A stretch of DNA of 62,247 nucleotides, the filler included, from Sphacelaria rigidula (taxonomy: Eukaryota), in NCBI GenBank assembly GCA_964200075.2. It is 7 parts of 7 records of this genome, joined end to end, with 100 filler letters (N's around TTAATTAATTAA, not from the genome) between each part and the next. Parts side by side here need not be neighbours in the genome. Positions count along the whole stretch, not along the records: positions 8,909 to 17,716 come from CAXNAA020010043.1; positions 17,817 to 26,623 come from CAXNAA020010044.1; 5 more parts are not named here. One strand, given 5' to 3'. Below the pieces are notes generated by a model. The model had not been told where the DNA came from. It searched no databases and saw nothing but the letters and a program-made list of their open reading frames with translations. The number at the start of each line of letters is the position of its first letter. The first letter of the stretch is position 1. Positions 11,881 to 25,060 of this stretch are shown here, one piece after another. A program made the position numbers and the translations under genes.

Positions 11881-13057
11881 CTCAGCCCATATTTAATGCA
11901 CTTCTTTTTGAACAAGGATCCGAGGCCGGGGGGGAGGGGGCGAGAAAGGGGCATACTGTACCCCCATTTTGTCATCGTAAAATACCGTTCGCAGAAGTCA
12001 GTCACCCATGGATGGAAATTATTGATTCCTTCGCATACCGCAGCTGTTCGGTGAAGTGTGAACGAGATTTCATACTCGGGGTTCTAATCTCTTGATGTAT
12101 TTCATTCGTGGCACGCCCTGCGCCGACGCGTTGCCGTCCGTTGGTTCCCCTGTACAGGATAAGGGTTAGGTCCCCCTCCTACCCCGTCCCCGCTCCATCC
12201 ATCCCCTCTCCGAGGCGCGAAGTCTTGTACTGAAGGAGTAGTGCTATATTGAGCTTGCGGTAGAGGGCATGCAATGGAGGTGGGAGTGATCTAGCGTATC
12301 CGTATAGAGCGTATTGATTGGTGTCTCACATTGTCGAGCCGTCGAGGTCGTGGGGTGAGGTTATCGAAAGCTGAGGGCCAAGCATAGACTGGTATCCGGA
12401 AAAATACAGCTGTAGTTATACTTTATACGTGAAAGTTGCGGAACGTCCGAAATCTTGAAACATGTGCGATTCCTAGCGCTGTTGAAATTTTGTTGCCGGA
12501 TTTTGAGATGTGCCCGAGACGTTTTCCATCGTTTTCACTTTTTTTTTTCGTGAGAGCCTTCATCCGACTGCCGCCGGTGAATGAGCACAACCACGATAAT
12601 AATGGCCTTCTCCTCAAACTGATACCGCACCGAAGACTTACCCCGTGCACCGGAACAACTAAAATACCAACACTTGTCACTCTGTAAGACAAGAAATGCC
12701 AAAATTTGACGGTCTGTCCTTGGCACGTGAGCATCACAACCTTGAACTTGACACGCTTGTGAATGGTCGTTTGCGTAAAGTGCGGGGTGTACCGGTCACT
12801 TGTCCATTCGTCACTCCGTTTGTTTCTTCCTCATTGTTCTACTGCTGAAGTGTACGATTGGCCATTTCCATGAAATCCGGGGGTCCACCGATCAAGGTCA
12901 ACTTATCACGTCGTCTTCGAGCCAGTCACGCTTCTGAGTGATGCTACGACCGGGGGAGAGGGTATTTTACATTTTTAGGCCATTTCTTCCCTGCAGTTCC
13001 ACCTTAAGTCGTCGTCGAAAGCAACAACATTTGATCGAGCGCGCCTGTTCCCAATAA

Positions 13058-13250
13058 GGGCGCGTCTCAGCACATTAATTTTCGATCGAAAATGAGCGAT
13101 GGAAGAGGAAAACTATGATCTGATCGGTCGTGATTTCAACTAAAGTAGTTTATTTTTTCGAAGATGGTTGGAATCACGACCTATCACATCGGAATATTTG
13201 TTTTCCACCGCACTTTTTCGATCGGAAACTGATGTGCTAAGACACGGCCC
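13058..13250. mobile_element. Foldback MITE with GGG...CCC termini (Tourist/Harbinger-like)
   Basis: Imperfect inverted arms of about 85 bp (GGGCGCGTCTCAGCACATTAATTTTCGATCGAAAA... / ...TTTTCGATCGGAAACTGATGTGCTAAGACACGGCCC), with TAA on the left. A related end, GTGCTAAGGCACGCCC-TAA, occurs near 46404-46422. Confidence 0.7.
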
Positions 13251-13793
13251 GAGACACGCTCATCCATAGCGCTTGACACCTTTTTCACCCAAATACAAAC
13301 GCACCACGAGTAGTTGGGTTATCCGACACATCGTGAGCCCCACTTTTCGGTAGAACCAAATACCCTTCCCTCATTGTAGGATCGCTCTTCAATTGTCCTG
13401 CTTCTCCACGCCCAACTGCCGCTTCTAAATCTTCAGTGTTACCTGTTTCCGCCCTGTCTTTACCCACACCTCTCCCTCGAAAAATAGCATCATCATAGAT
13501 GGTGAAATATTCTCTCCACGACCATGTTTTTAAAGGAACAGGATGAAACGAATGCTCGATCAAAAAGTCATGATCGAACACCGCTCCTTTGAGGGGCGAG
13601 GGGGGGCGGGGAGACAGGTACTTTGGGCGACCCCACTCTAAATTCAAGCACCATGCTGGTCGTAAAACGCTCTTGTTTTTGTGTTTAAGTTTTTGATGTT
13701 ACCTTCTCGCTTGAAATGAATGCAAGTCATTACTTTTTATCATACACATGTTCTCGAACGTGTGTGTGTATGTATTGGCGGGGGAAAAAACAG

Positions 13794-14073
13794 ACTGGAG
13801 GTCGGAGAAATGGAAGATGACGGCTTACCAGAAGACGTGAAAGCCAATGCCCAAGCCTTCTTCGATGCGGGCGATCAACAACCTCCGGAAGCGGGAGACA
13901 AAGACGTTGCCCCCGACACCACCTCTGCAAAACCAGGAGGAGGAGGCGAACCACGAGATTCGACTGCTACCAATAGTACAAGCGGTCAAGGAGGAGTGGT
14001 CGCACAGCCGGCGAGAGAAGCAGAGGGGAGCAACGCGGCAGAAATGTGGATGTTCGGAGAGGGAAGTGAATGA
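13794..14073 (+). CDS. Possible terminal coding exon of an unknown acidic/disordered protein
   Basis: An AAAAAACAG acceptor-like site precedes an open, purine-rich frame (LEVGEMEDDGLPEDVKANAQAFFDAGD...AEMWMFGEGSE*). No family is recognisable. Confidence 0.3.
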
Positions 14074-15189
14074 TATTCCCAGCGGGACAGCGACGCAATG
14101 TAATGAGCCCTTGGGATACTTTTGGGGGGGGGGGGTGGGCGGGGTATGGAGATGGAAGTGGAGGGAGAGGGTTTTGAAGTGATTTGTAGTGATGCATGGA
14201 CTGGGGGCAACAAACAGGCTTGAGGGAATATGGCGTGTGGGGTGCAGGCTAGTCTTATTTTGAGCGTTTGCGCAAACGTATCTCTTTATTTTTTATCAAC
14301 ACAAAGTAGTGATGCCAACTTGACACTGGAACATGATCAAAAATTTGGTTTTCATAAGTTGCGAGACTTCGCGAGCGCCCAAAGCCGCGATCTTATTATT
14401 ATTTTTTGTCGTATACAGTACCAGTTAGCATTAGTGATGCATGTTGAGGCCCAGGATGGCGAAATCACCACTCTTTATACGAAAAAATAGAACTTTTGAC
14501 GACGAAACGCATGGTTGCGCAAGCCCTCTTTTTTCCATGTGCCGGTTTTCCAGCTTTGGCGGGAGCTGGCAGTGTTCCCCGGGGGGAAAATGTGGAGGGT
14601 ATTTGTGAAGTGTAATAATGGTCAAAGTGGAAGAAGGTTTATTGGTTTTCGGGGTATGCATTGAAGACGGGGATGCTTCTATCTTAGCGTGGGTGTTGAC
14701 TGATGTGAGTTTTGCTGCAACACATGCGACGGACGGGGATGTCGGATTCTCGCACAAACCACACTACTGTGACTTTCGTCATCCCCCTCTCCCTCAAGAT
14801 GCCTATTTGGCCGCTGGTTCTTTTCACCACCCCCGTACTGTACGTACTTGTATAGCCCTTATTCTGTGAGGGGGGCGGGGGAGATGTTTTCGTTCCGAGG
14901 GGTGGAGATGATTGACGCATACGTCAGTTACGTCGTGTGCGTGGTGTTTTGGAGTGTTTGATTGTTGCGATGGGGGTAAGCGGCTCCTATATGGCGTTTT
15001 TTCGCCTCTGTGAAAACGAGCGTTGTGGTTTGTCGATTGCTGTTGCTGTTGATAGGCATACATTCAGTGAGCCGTCGTTTCTCTCGATTTTGCTATTATT
15101 TTAGTTACTTTTTTTTATTCTCCACTCTATTTTGTTGTACTTGATGCGTTTTGAAGATTTGTTTCACTGCGAATGAAATAGCTTGGGAT

Positions 15190-15270
15190 TTGATTTGGTT
15201 GGTTGATTGATCAGTTGATTATCGCGCCTTAACTGACCCCCCAAGGATCCCAGCCGTGGTCGCATGATAG
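15190..15270 (-). repeat. LINE 3' terminus fragment with (AATC)n-type tail
   Basis: GATTGATCAGTTGATTATCGCGCCTTAACTGACCCCCCAAGGATCCCAGCCGTGGTCGCATGA matches 39697-39765, the end of the RTE-like LINE. Confidence 0.65.
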
Positions 15271-16344
15271 ACTACATACACGTAAGTGTGTGTTTATGTG
15301 TCTGCATGCACGTGAGTGTGTGTCTATATAGTATGCATGCGATTATGAGGCGACTTTGGTTCTTTCTCGTTTTCGCGACCTTACTCTCGCAAGGAATCGG
15401 TTGTCTGCGTAAAATTTATGACGTTAAGTAGAGCACCTACAGTATAGCCTACACGTATGTCCACGTCTGCACTGCAGGTCAAGCGTCAACTTCGCTTTTA
15501 TGCTGACACGGAATGTGGTTTTCTGGGAAAAGGGGTGTAGGGGCAACAACATCATTTTGCACGTCTTTTGAACACAGCAAGGAGGGTGGGGGGAGGGTTG
15601 CCTTTGGTTGCTTTTTTTTTTCATGATCCAGCCGTGTACCTAGTACCTATTTCCCCCCGTTTTTTGCTGGTGGTACTTCCTTTTTTCGGTCAAATGGTTG
15701 TTCGTCTCGTTTTTCCATCTTCAGGCTTCTTCCTTGTTGTCTGATGTACGCACCATATAGCGGGCTAACCGCTATCGTGTTCGCAGCACAATGATTGGTT
15801 CAATGATCGTGGTATGGGAGGGAGTCGACGGCAGCGGGTGGACTCCACCTCGGCCAAGACTGGGCGTTTGGGCAATGGCTTCTTACTTCGTGGGGTGTGG
15901 CTGAGCGTGTGATGACATGCCTCGTCGAGAGGAGCTGGATGGGTCTTGCTAGAAGACACGAATTGGTTGTGAGGTCGACCGACTGCGGTTGGGCGCGTTG
16001 AACCCCGTATATACCCGGTAAGAAATATGCCAATAAACCGCACAGGGATGGATAACGACGACAGCTCAAGGCGGAAAGTCTTCGGCTGAGGAGGGTGGTG
16101 GTGGTCATCACGTCGTATTCATATTTTTGGGGCTATCCGGGAAGATATTGGTTTTGCCGTAAGCCCCTTCCAATATCCTTTTTTCGGCTGTCAGCACCTG
16201 TTTCTGTTGGCCAAAACTACCAGCTCTCCGTATCATTCCCTTTCGCTCCTTTGTGGCCACCTCTCCACCACTCCACCACTACCCAGCTCGCTCCCTTTCT
16301 GCAAGATATTGAATCTTTGGGGCTCACCGGCGCAATGGAATAAA

Positions 16345-16641
16345 CAACAAGGTTTTCGTGAGATTGAGAGTTGGGTGCGGATTGAGAGTGGCTTTGATCA
16401 TTCGCTTTAACTTGGCCAATTTTTCATTCCGTGTGTGCTTTCCGTCGTCTCATAACTGCCATGTGCTTACAGCTACACGTTGATATCCTACTCAGGGGTA
16501 TCGAGGGCCTCAGTGGCGAGCTACTACAGAGATAATATTAGGCCTGGTGGAGGTGCATTTCGGAACTGAAACGGCTTATTAATTGACCGCTTTTCACTCT
16601 CAATCGTACCTTCAACTCTCAATTTCACGAAAACGTTGTTG
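16345..16641. mobile_element. MITE family M2, copy 1
   Basis: TIR CAACAAGGTTTTCGTGAGATTGAGAG / CTCTCAATTTCACGAAAACGTTGTTG. The whole element is the reverse complement of 59331-59632. Confidence 0.9.
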
Positions 16642-17000
16642 AACGTGCCCCGCGCATCCAATCGGAGGAGGGTGCCGATCAGGTATGCTATCCGGAGGTG
16701 ATGCATCGCTATCGTCCGTAAATATTCCACAGCCGGTCACCCTACGTTTTAGACTATATCCGCTTCTGCGTTCCCGGCGCGTTGCTGATAGATTCGACCC
16801 CCCCCCCCCCTTGTTGCTGCGCCGTCACTTGCTCCCGTTTATGTGCCACATCCACTCATCATATTGTTTTGGCGTTTCCCACACGGTTTCTGCTCTTATA
16901 TCAAAATTGATCACATTTTCCCGAGATTTAACCCTTGGACCGCGAGGGGAGGTCACCTGCTGAATTGGCATCAATTTCAGCTGAAAAAAGTATGCGTGAT

Positions 17001-17363
17001 CAAGGGTCTGTCAAAAATATATTTCGGGACACGTAGGCCCCAAGATCGAAAATTCGAGTTTTTGACGGGGGGGGGGGGGGGAACACATCCAGCCTGCTGC
17101 CCCCTAGAATATTGTCGAGACGTTGGCGGATGCGGTCAGCTGAACCGTACAGAGACTCTTGGCACGGAGACCGCTAAGACGACTGACGCGCCGCCCCTCC
17201 AAGCTCATCACTTACCATGATTATACTTCTGGGATCATGTTCCGTGTCATGTGCCTCGACTACTTACCACTAGTAGTCCGGGGAAATTCGGCGAGGCGTG
17301 AGATAATGTTGCTACTTTAGCTACAGACTGTCGCTACCGTGCGCTCGTGTATTGTACCTAGAT
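17001..17363 (+). repeat. Dispersed repeat family R1, copy 2
   Basis: Colinear with 7325-7680. Confidence 0.9.
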
Positions 17364-17716
17364 GTGTGTGAGCGTTGCCGGCATCCGAGGTCATCGGGAC
17401 AGAGCGGGCAAGGAGCAGAAACAAATATATGAACCTCGTAAAGCCCGCCAGACTTTTCGCTTTCTGTCGGTGTTTGTTCATCAATTTATTTCAACAAAAA
17501 AGTCACGAAAAAGCCACGAAAGAAATGTCAAGAATCATGACAATTTCCGAAAAAATGCCCTCCGGGAGCAGTATACCACATATTATTCTGGAACTGTCCA
17601 TTTAGGCCTATTTGATCCTAAAAGTGGTATCGCGATAGTATCGCGATATAGAGGGAAATGTACCAAATTAAGATACGCTTAAGGCACCTGGCGGGGAAAA
17701 CTCTATATCTTGGGAC

Positions 17717-17816
17717 NNNNNNNNNNNNNNNNNNNNNNNNNNNNNNNNNNNNNNNNNNNNTTAATTAATTAANNNNNNNNNNNNNNNNNNNNNNNNNNNN
17801 NNNNNNNNNNNNNNNN
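17717..17816. other. Artificial contig spacer
   Basis: N44-TTAATTAATTAA-N44. Confidence 0.99.
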
Positions 17817-20800
17817 CGAGGTCGTGCCGCGTCTTGGCCCGGCCCCCCCGGGGTGCCGGGGGGGGGGGGGGGGGGGGGGGGGGTCGCGACTTCGCCGCGT
17901 TCCCTTGAACGCTAGCGGTCGCGGGGCGGCTTCGCTGCCAGTTATTCAGTTTTAACCGATAACTATAACTGGTTGCAATTTCCTAAAACCAGTAAACTGG
18001 CGAGCCAAACCAGTTCACAACACTATTTTTTCCATTTTTGTCCTGAGATCCTCCGCCCACTACACTTGGTTTTATTTCAGACTCTAGTCTCGTGACGGAT
18101 GAGTCGCGAGTGCAGGCAACGCTCTCCCCGTCCACACCCCACATACTCTTGTCCACCATCAATACGCACCCTATGGCGGTGGCTTTGTCCTAGTGCTTTG
18201 AACGCGTACACTACAAACCTGAAACATTTATATATATACAAAATATATATTTATATATATATATATTCCGGCTTACTGATCTGACCGCGGGACGTTCCCT
18301 GACATGGCCACTGGGACATGATGCATTTGGGTTTGAACCACCCGACGCAACAACCGGCGCTCGAATAGCACTCGTAGCCGTAACGAACCGCGCGGTAAAA
18401 ATATATTCCATCATGGAGTGTTCCCACAACCCACCGTTTTCAGTGAATGCAAGCGAAAAATGATGACCGTCAGAAGCGGCTCGGGGGGAAACCTTGGAGG
18501 GGAGGTCTGAATCGGTCGCGGAGTAACTTTGGTTCGGTGCGTGCGCATGTACAAGTGTGATGCACTCCGAAATTTCATGTTGAGAAAAGCGCTGCCGGTT
18601 GTGTACACAGCCGCACAGGGAACGCAAGGTGAAGAACATGGCGTGTACTGGAGCAAACATCATGGTGACTGAATTGTGCTCTTCTTCACGTCCATTGTGT
18701 TTATTGTATTGGTACCGCCACGTTCGCCGTACCGCCTCCGCAGCCTCCGTCCTCTGCGACTTGAGCCTGTACGTCGGGAATACGCCTGGTTAACCACCCC
18801 AGGGTCGTTCATATCTTGTATAGGCATATTTTTCACTCGAAAAATGAACGCAGAACCCAGATGACCCACTCCGAGGTTGAAAGGTTCAACTCAAGAGCCA
18901 GTTGTAGGAGATGACCGTCTCAAGAGATTTCGAGTTGAAAACATGAACGCAAGACACCACCCTGGCGATCAAGCGTCACTTTTACAGCGGGCGGGAAGAG
19001 GTGACGCTCTCCAATAGAGTAATCCCATGATCGGCGATACCCACAGATGAAGGGAGGAATACGGCGGGGGGCACAGAGAAGAAAACACCGTACTATACTG
19101 CGCTGTACTGTATTTGGGTTTGTTCATCTATACGGACGTCAGTCGCCCTCAGAATGGGTCAGTTGTGTTTAATGGGCGTAATACCACGTACTTCGAAAAT
19201 GGATGTCCACCGTGGTAGTCCAAGGATTTAATTTTGCAACTGGCATGGTGGCCGAAGGAGCCTAGGAGTTGGCAAAGGCGGGAAAGGAAGTGCAAGCGGG
19301 AGGGATGGAATACAGCATCGGAAACGGCCATGGGGTCGGCATCTGTCGGCCGGCTACTGTATCTCCGTTAGAAGCTGCAGAAATATGGATTTTGTAGGCC
19401 ATTTTTTGTGTCTCTGGCGGCATAAGATGGAAGGAGAGGCACGGCGCTGTCGTTGTGCCTGTCTGTACCACGCACAGTGATTACGGCTAATGTGCGAGCA
19501 CGTGAAAATCCTTCGACAAGTTGAGGTTGCTTCCGTGGGCTTGCTGGCTTAGGGACTAGATTTATGTTGGTATATTGTGGGAGAACGGCTCGTCAGAAAC
19601 GAAGGGTCTGGAAGTCGTGTCTGGTGTGGCTATTGGAGCTCACTCATGTCTAGGTTCGGAGCTTCGAGTGACGTGATAGTGCACAAGGCACCTCACCTCG
19701 AATGAGGAGCAATGGACACACGGTTGGAAGAGCTGATGGGACTTGGACTGTGCGCACACGGACGGATGATCTGTCGTCAGACGAAGGCTGGATTTCAATA
19801 ATCGCAAGGTGTAAAAAGGGGGGGTTTCAATAGTCCCTGGAGTTCGTTGCGATATTTTCCTCACAGGTGGGAGACAGATTCAAAGTTGGGAAGTTCGCAA
19901 AATAACAGGTAATCGGCGTGAGGGCCAACGGAAAGTGTACCTGAGACGTATGTATCCAGCGATGATGCACAACGCCTCTGAATCAAGAGGTTGGAGGCTG
20001 TCACTCAAGGTTGCATCAGAGGAAAACACACTCTCGACTGAGATCGAGTGAGAACGTAGCAAAGTGTAAACCTGTTACTTGAGGATGGATCTAGCAAGAA
20101 ATGCTCGTGAAGAGCTTAGCCTACAGGGTGAGATTCAAAAAGGGTTGAAATAAGAAACAGGATAACCCACGCTTGAGCTGAAAACGTGACGAAGTACACG
20201 TATGATATGTCATTTTTGGATGGGCTGTGATCAACAGTAACGCTCCATCATTGTTTTGAGCTGGATATAAATGTCACGGGTAGGAGGGACAACTGAAAGG
20301 ATTGTCCAATCAATCCAAGCGTAGAGTTCTGTGATTTGAAGTGGAGATCTTGGAGTGGGGAGGAAGGAGAAAAACGTGCTGAGGCTGGTATGAGGTGTTT
20401 GCGAATCAATCAAGAAAATATTTACTATAACGTCACTTCGAAGATTACGGAGAGAGCGTTCTTCGGATGATTGAGATCTTAAGGGGTCCGAAATGTGCGA
20501 CGCAGAGGAATTATGGAAACTGCACGTACACATGTTCATTTGCGTGCGGGACAGAGAAATTGAAGGCGTCATCTTTGTGGGCTGTGCGCGATCCAGGGGT
20601 ATTTGCAGGGGGCGTTCGCAAGGCACAGCTTGTGTAGACCGAAAGATACAGAAAATAATACACAAAGCAGGACTTAATTGTGAATTTATGACAAGATTGA
20701 CAGTCCTAAACTCGGTGGCCATGTGTCTTTCTCGTTTTCATGTTGATCGTGGTTACATTTACTCGCAGATCGCTTCCAGGGAAGCATGTGTGTGATTGAA

Positions 20801-21969
20801 TAAATTGACCCAAAATGCTACAGTCGGACAAGGGTCTGGTCACTGTTTATTTGGTCGTTCAGTGGGCGGATCTTGGGAATGTTCTATACATAGGTGCAGA
20901 GAAACAGGTACTGCGTGGTTGACTGATTCAGTAGTTATGCATTCAACTTATTTCTTGTGCTTGCCACGCTTTTCCTACACCCCAGGTACTTGCGACTGGC
21001 CTCGTCCCCCGAGCCATGCGTCGCCGTGCGTCGAGATGACAATTATGTATCGCTTATTACCTGCGGTCTGCGCAGTACTACTAGTACACGAAATATCTCC
21101 AAGTACAAGTGAACAATACAGCACAAAAGTCGAGACAATCAGTTATTACTTTTCGTGGACTCGGCAGAAACAGAAAATCTTGAATAACAGACGACAACAA
21201 CCAATTGACCAGGCCAAATGTACGGTACCGTGCAAATCAACGAGTTGGTCAGCTTGACCTGGATATACAGACATGGTGTGTACAAGGAAACGTTACGTTG
21301 GGTCAAGCCCAAGTTGTGTTGTTTTCCATCGAGTTATACAGTACGAGTAATCAACCCGCAACCTTCCATTGAGCTCTGTATCCTGGCCAAATCTTCATGC
21401 TTAACGAAACAACCAAGGCCCAGTTTCTTGACGCTCTCGTGTATTTTGAAGCCGGTGCATGTCCGCACCAGAAGCTCTTGTAGCGCGGTTTGGTTTTACG
21501 TGCTACATTGTCGAGTACGTTGAGGATATGAGATGGAGATAGGTTTCCGAGCGTCCAAATGAGCTGTTGGTAGGTATCGACGAACGGAGATATCGGGAAG
21601 GGGGCCCTGTAGGATCACAAACACCATCAGCGCGAAATGATCGAGTTACGCACCCAGACCAAGTTCTGTCAAAAGGCGCTAGCACCGTCTTCCGTCTTCC
21701 GTGTGCTAGCGATGGAGCACGATCAGCTCTATCCACCAGAACCTGCGTGTTGGGGAAGGAAACTAGACATTATCTTCGCGACAGCACTAACCCCAAAACG
21801 CTGTCGCACAATCCGCCCCGAAAAGTCGTACTAGAGTTACGAGCTTCCATTTAAACACACAGGATACATAATCCATCTCACAAAGTTATACCGTAGGCAT
21901 GGTGACGTTTATTAGGCGGAACCCTACACGTTCCAATGCAATGTGCACTGTCTGCTATCACAGGCTCAC

Positions 21970-22212
21970 GTTGTGTATGCCAAAAGGTAGGTCCGTTGTT
22001 CCGGGGTGGACTTGTCGGCGACGTACGCCCTCGTCACGCCCAGCGTCCCGCTGCCCACGCCCAGCAGAATCTGCGCTGTGATGAGTGCGGCGTTGTTGGT
22101 GGCGACAATGTAGGCTAAGGCTCCGGCCACGATGATGAGGCTAGCAAACATGAGCACCGATCGGTATCCCTGTTTCGTCGACAGCTTCCCGAACCAAGGC
22201 GAAATCATCACC
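21970..22212 (-). CDS. Internal exon of a major facilitator superfamily transporter (MFSD8/CLN7-like)
   Basis: 243-bp exon bounded by ...GAAAAG| and |GTGAGC. It encodes VMISPWFGKLSTKQGYRSVLMFASLIIVAGALAYIVATNNAALITAQILLGVGSGTLGVTRAYVADKSTPEQRTYLLAYT, with MFS motif A (GxLSxKxGxR) and the RAYVAD...EQRT loop. I did not locate the other exons. Confidence 0.85.
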
Positions 22213-23967
22213 CTTTTCACCACCAAGAAAGAATGGTTGCGTTGCGAATATGAGGGGGCGACGGGGGTGGAGGGCGGGAGGGGGGTTGCTTGGGCATTGG
22301 GCTATTCCCTTCTCTATTCTGAATGGGGAATCAATGATTTTCACTGCACAGGGTAAGGACTGTGCACAGTACGAGGAAACAGGCGCTAATCGCAACAGAC
22401 GTAAGCTGGTTCGATTTCCAGACGCGTATCGCTACAACTCTGGGATATGGAACTTGGAGGTGGGTGTCTGACGAATCTGACTAATAACAGAGAAGCCATT
22501 TCCAGCGCGGCCTACGGGTAACATTTCAAAACATGGTTCATCTCGAAAATATTGGGCGGGTTGGCCAAGGTAAATGGCAGCGGGGCAAGGGCTCAGAGAC
22601 TGACGAGAACGAAATCACAGTAACGTGGTGTAGTAGAGGATCACCAACCTGGCAACAACATTTGATAACCAGTCACATGTATCAGTCGAGGTTGGGAAAG
22701 TGGCGGCACCGCCACCGGCGGCAGAGGAATCGGCATAACGATCCCTCCTCACCGGAGCGATCCAGCCAGGGCCGAGAAAAGTGAGTCATTGGGCTTTGAA
22801 TTTTTTTCAAAATCGTGTCAAGTTTCTAGTCTTTGAACAACGGCGATCCGGAGATGCCGAAAACGCAGATAGTGCAGAAGGCAAAACTTCCTCGTACAAT
22901 CAGGTGGAAAGTTGAAGAGCATTGTCATATCTCGCCATCGGAATCGAACAACACGGGCAGGGCAAATACACCGTAACGCCGCGCGCGTGTCTGACCTTGG
23001 TGACGTGATCCAGTAACTCATCAGCCGGCAAACAGCACAACGCGCATGTTCCGCAACACTAATCTGTTGTCTCTTGGGGGTATATTTGTATGCTGCTTCA
23101 AGTATAGCGTCGTTCAACCAGCAACACCAGCACCAGCACCGAACACGAAACAGCCACAGAAAGAAATCGGGCAAAGTCAAGGCGCCGCGAAAGGTGGTTT
23201 TCTTCCACAGGTAGCTTTGCTCGACTATCGGTGACCCGTCTCGAATCCACCCTCCAGTTATTGGAGCAATGTTGAGCATGATCTATCACCAGCACAGAGC
23301 CGACACAGACCCACTATGACAAAAGTGAAATTAAGCTCAGGCCGCATGTCGCGACAGCCAAAGCGTCTCTCGTGAACGCCATTGGCGCCATTGCAGCTCC
23401 AGCGGAGCGCGAGCTTGCCTACACAATCTGGTGTGGGGGTGCAAGCAGCGTGGACACGCTGAGGAAGATGCGCACGTCCTGCAGAAGCTCGGCTCGGCAA
23501 CCACCTGCTGTGGCATCGGCTCGAAAAATCATTTGTCAAGAGGTGACACCGCGTCCAGCCTCATACCCTGACACATCATGACACATCATTGTTGTGCCTA
23601 ACCCTAACCCTCGTCTTCCTTACTTGAGGCGGAGCGGTGGGTGGCGCGGAGCCGCCAATTCTTCGTGCCATGTTGGTTGTGAAATCGAGCGAAGCGTTGG
23701 CTGTCGCAGGACTTCCTTCACCTACTTCTGTCGGGTGTCGATATATGTGAAAGAGGAGCCTCGACCGCAGCAGGGTGTTACCCCGACATGCCGCCCTCAC
23801 AACAATTTGCTAGGTCTAATCAGTATATTGGATGCCGTCGGGTTGCGCACAGAAACGTAATCGCATTTTCCTATCGGCGGGCTGGTTCAGGTTGAAGGCC
23901 CAAAACTTCCTCTTCAGCGATTTCTCACGCGGCGGTATCGAGCTAGACTCTGAAAATGTACACACAC

Positions 23968-23970
<3 letters not shown>

Positions 23971-24002
<32 letters not shown>

Positions 24003-24342
24003 GTCATCCCATCTATTCTGGACACCGGTCTACACATTTCCGTGTATGTGGGCGCACTAGCTGGAGTCACACAGGAGGAAGGCGAACGTAGAAGTTTCGT
24101 CTTCCCCCCCACCATCTTTTTGCGGTTCTTGCCTCTATATTTTATTGCGAGAGGAGGTCAGCAGTTCCTTTCCCTCGTCGACAGTTACGTCGAATATTGT
24201 GTACCCACGACATAGTCGATCTCCGCTATTGGACATTGTGTGAGAAAAACTCATCCATCGCACGACTGCACCGAGATTCGAACCCACGACCCAGCAGTCA
24301 GAAGGTTTTGAGGTTACCAACTGAGCCACCGGCGCGACCGGC
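23971..24342 (-). mobile_element. tRNA-derived SINE with (CA)n tail
   Basis: Minus-strand head GCCGGTCGCGCCGGTGGCTCAGTTGGTAACC...GGGTTCGAATCTCGG carries Pol III A and B boxes but no proper anticodon or acceptor stem. The body ends AGAATAGATGGGATGACAA(CA)n, and the same 3' end recurs at about 48868-48920. Confidence 0.82.
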
Positions 24343-24749
24343 CAGAGGTCCACGTGTGCTATGGAATATTTTGAAACTCTTCATGGATGTTTCTTTCCAT
24401 ATGTATATATTGACTTTCGACGGTCATACGGGGTCCCGTGCCTCATACGGCCTTTTGGGACCTCGCATTTCTGACAAGAAAACAACAATTAGGAAAACCC
24501 ACTCATATATTGCGAAATCCAAAAGCACACATGGGCGAGAATTCAAGGTCGAATTCGAAAAGTTAGCCTGAGGAATCGCGCGCTCGGGCGTTGAGGTGTA
24601 CACATGTACGCGGAACCCCCAAATGACGTGATCATTGATGATAGTATAGTATAGTGGGCTACCGACCCTGTTCTAGTGACTTTAAGCTCTCATCGACCGT
24701 TAAGTTTTTTGAGTTAGGGAGCTAAACGTGATACAAGCGTTCCCTGGCC

Positions 24750-25060
24750 GAAAAAAGTTGCATTTCTTTATTTTGAAGCATCCTGCACCGGCTTCTGGGG
24801 ATTTTCACCCATGAACCCCCGGAAGCCGGTAGAGATTGGGTAAGCTTCAAAACATTCTTCGGTAATTTCTTCACCCCTTGAAGCACCTATATCTACCAAA
24901 TTGCCGAGTTCGAGGATGACTGGAGCTTTTCAACGACAGGTGTAGGGGGAACCGTCACGAGGTCATCCGGGTCTTCGATTAATGTGATGGGTGAGAATCC
25001 AACGGCGATAATACCTCACATCACCGTAATACCACGTTTGAGGTATAAATCGATCCAATA
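24750..25060. repeat. Dispersed repeat family R3, copy 1
   Basis: Diverged reverse complement of about 46480-46800; shared blocks include GGAAGCCGGTAGAGA, TGCCGAGTT, CCGTCACGAGG and GGTATAAxTCGATCC. Confidence 0.65.

Noticed and set aside
19100-21850. Possible retroelement gag or other coding relics
   Set aside because: Only vague Cys/His patches and many stops; no family could be supported.
24260-24342. tRNA gene on the minus strand
   Set aside because: A and B boxes are present but the acceptor and anticodon stems do not form; treated as a SINE head.
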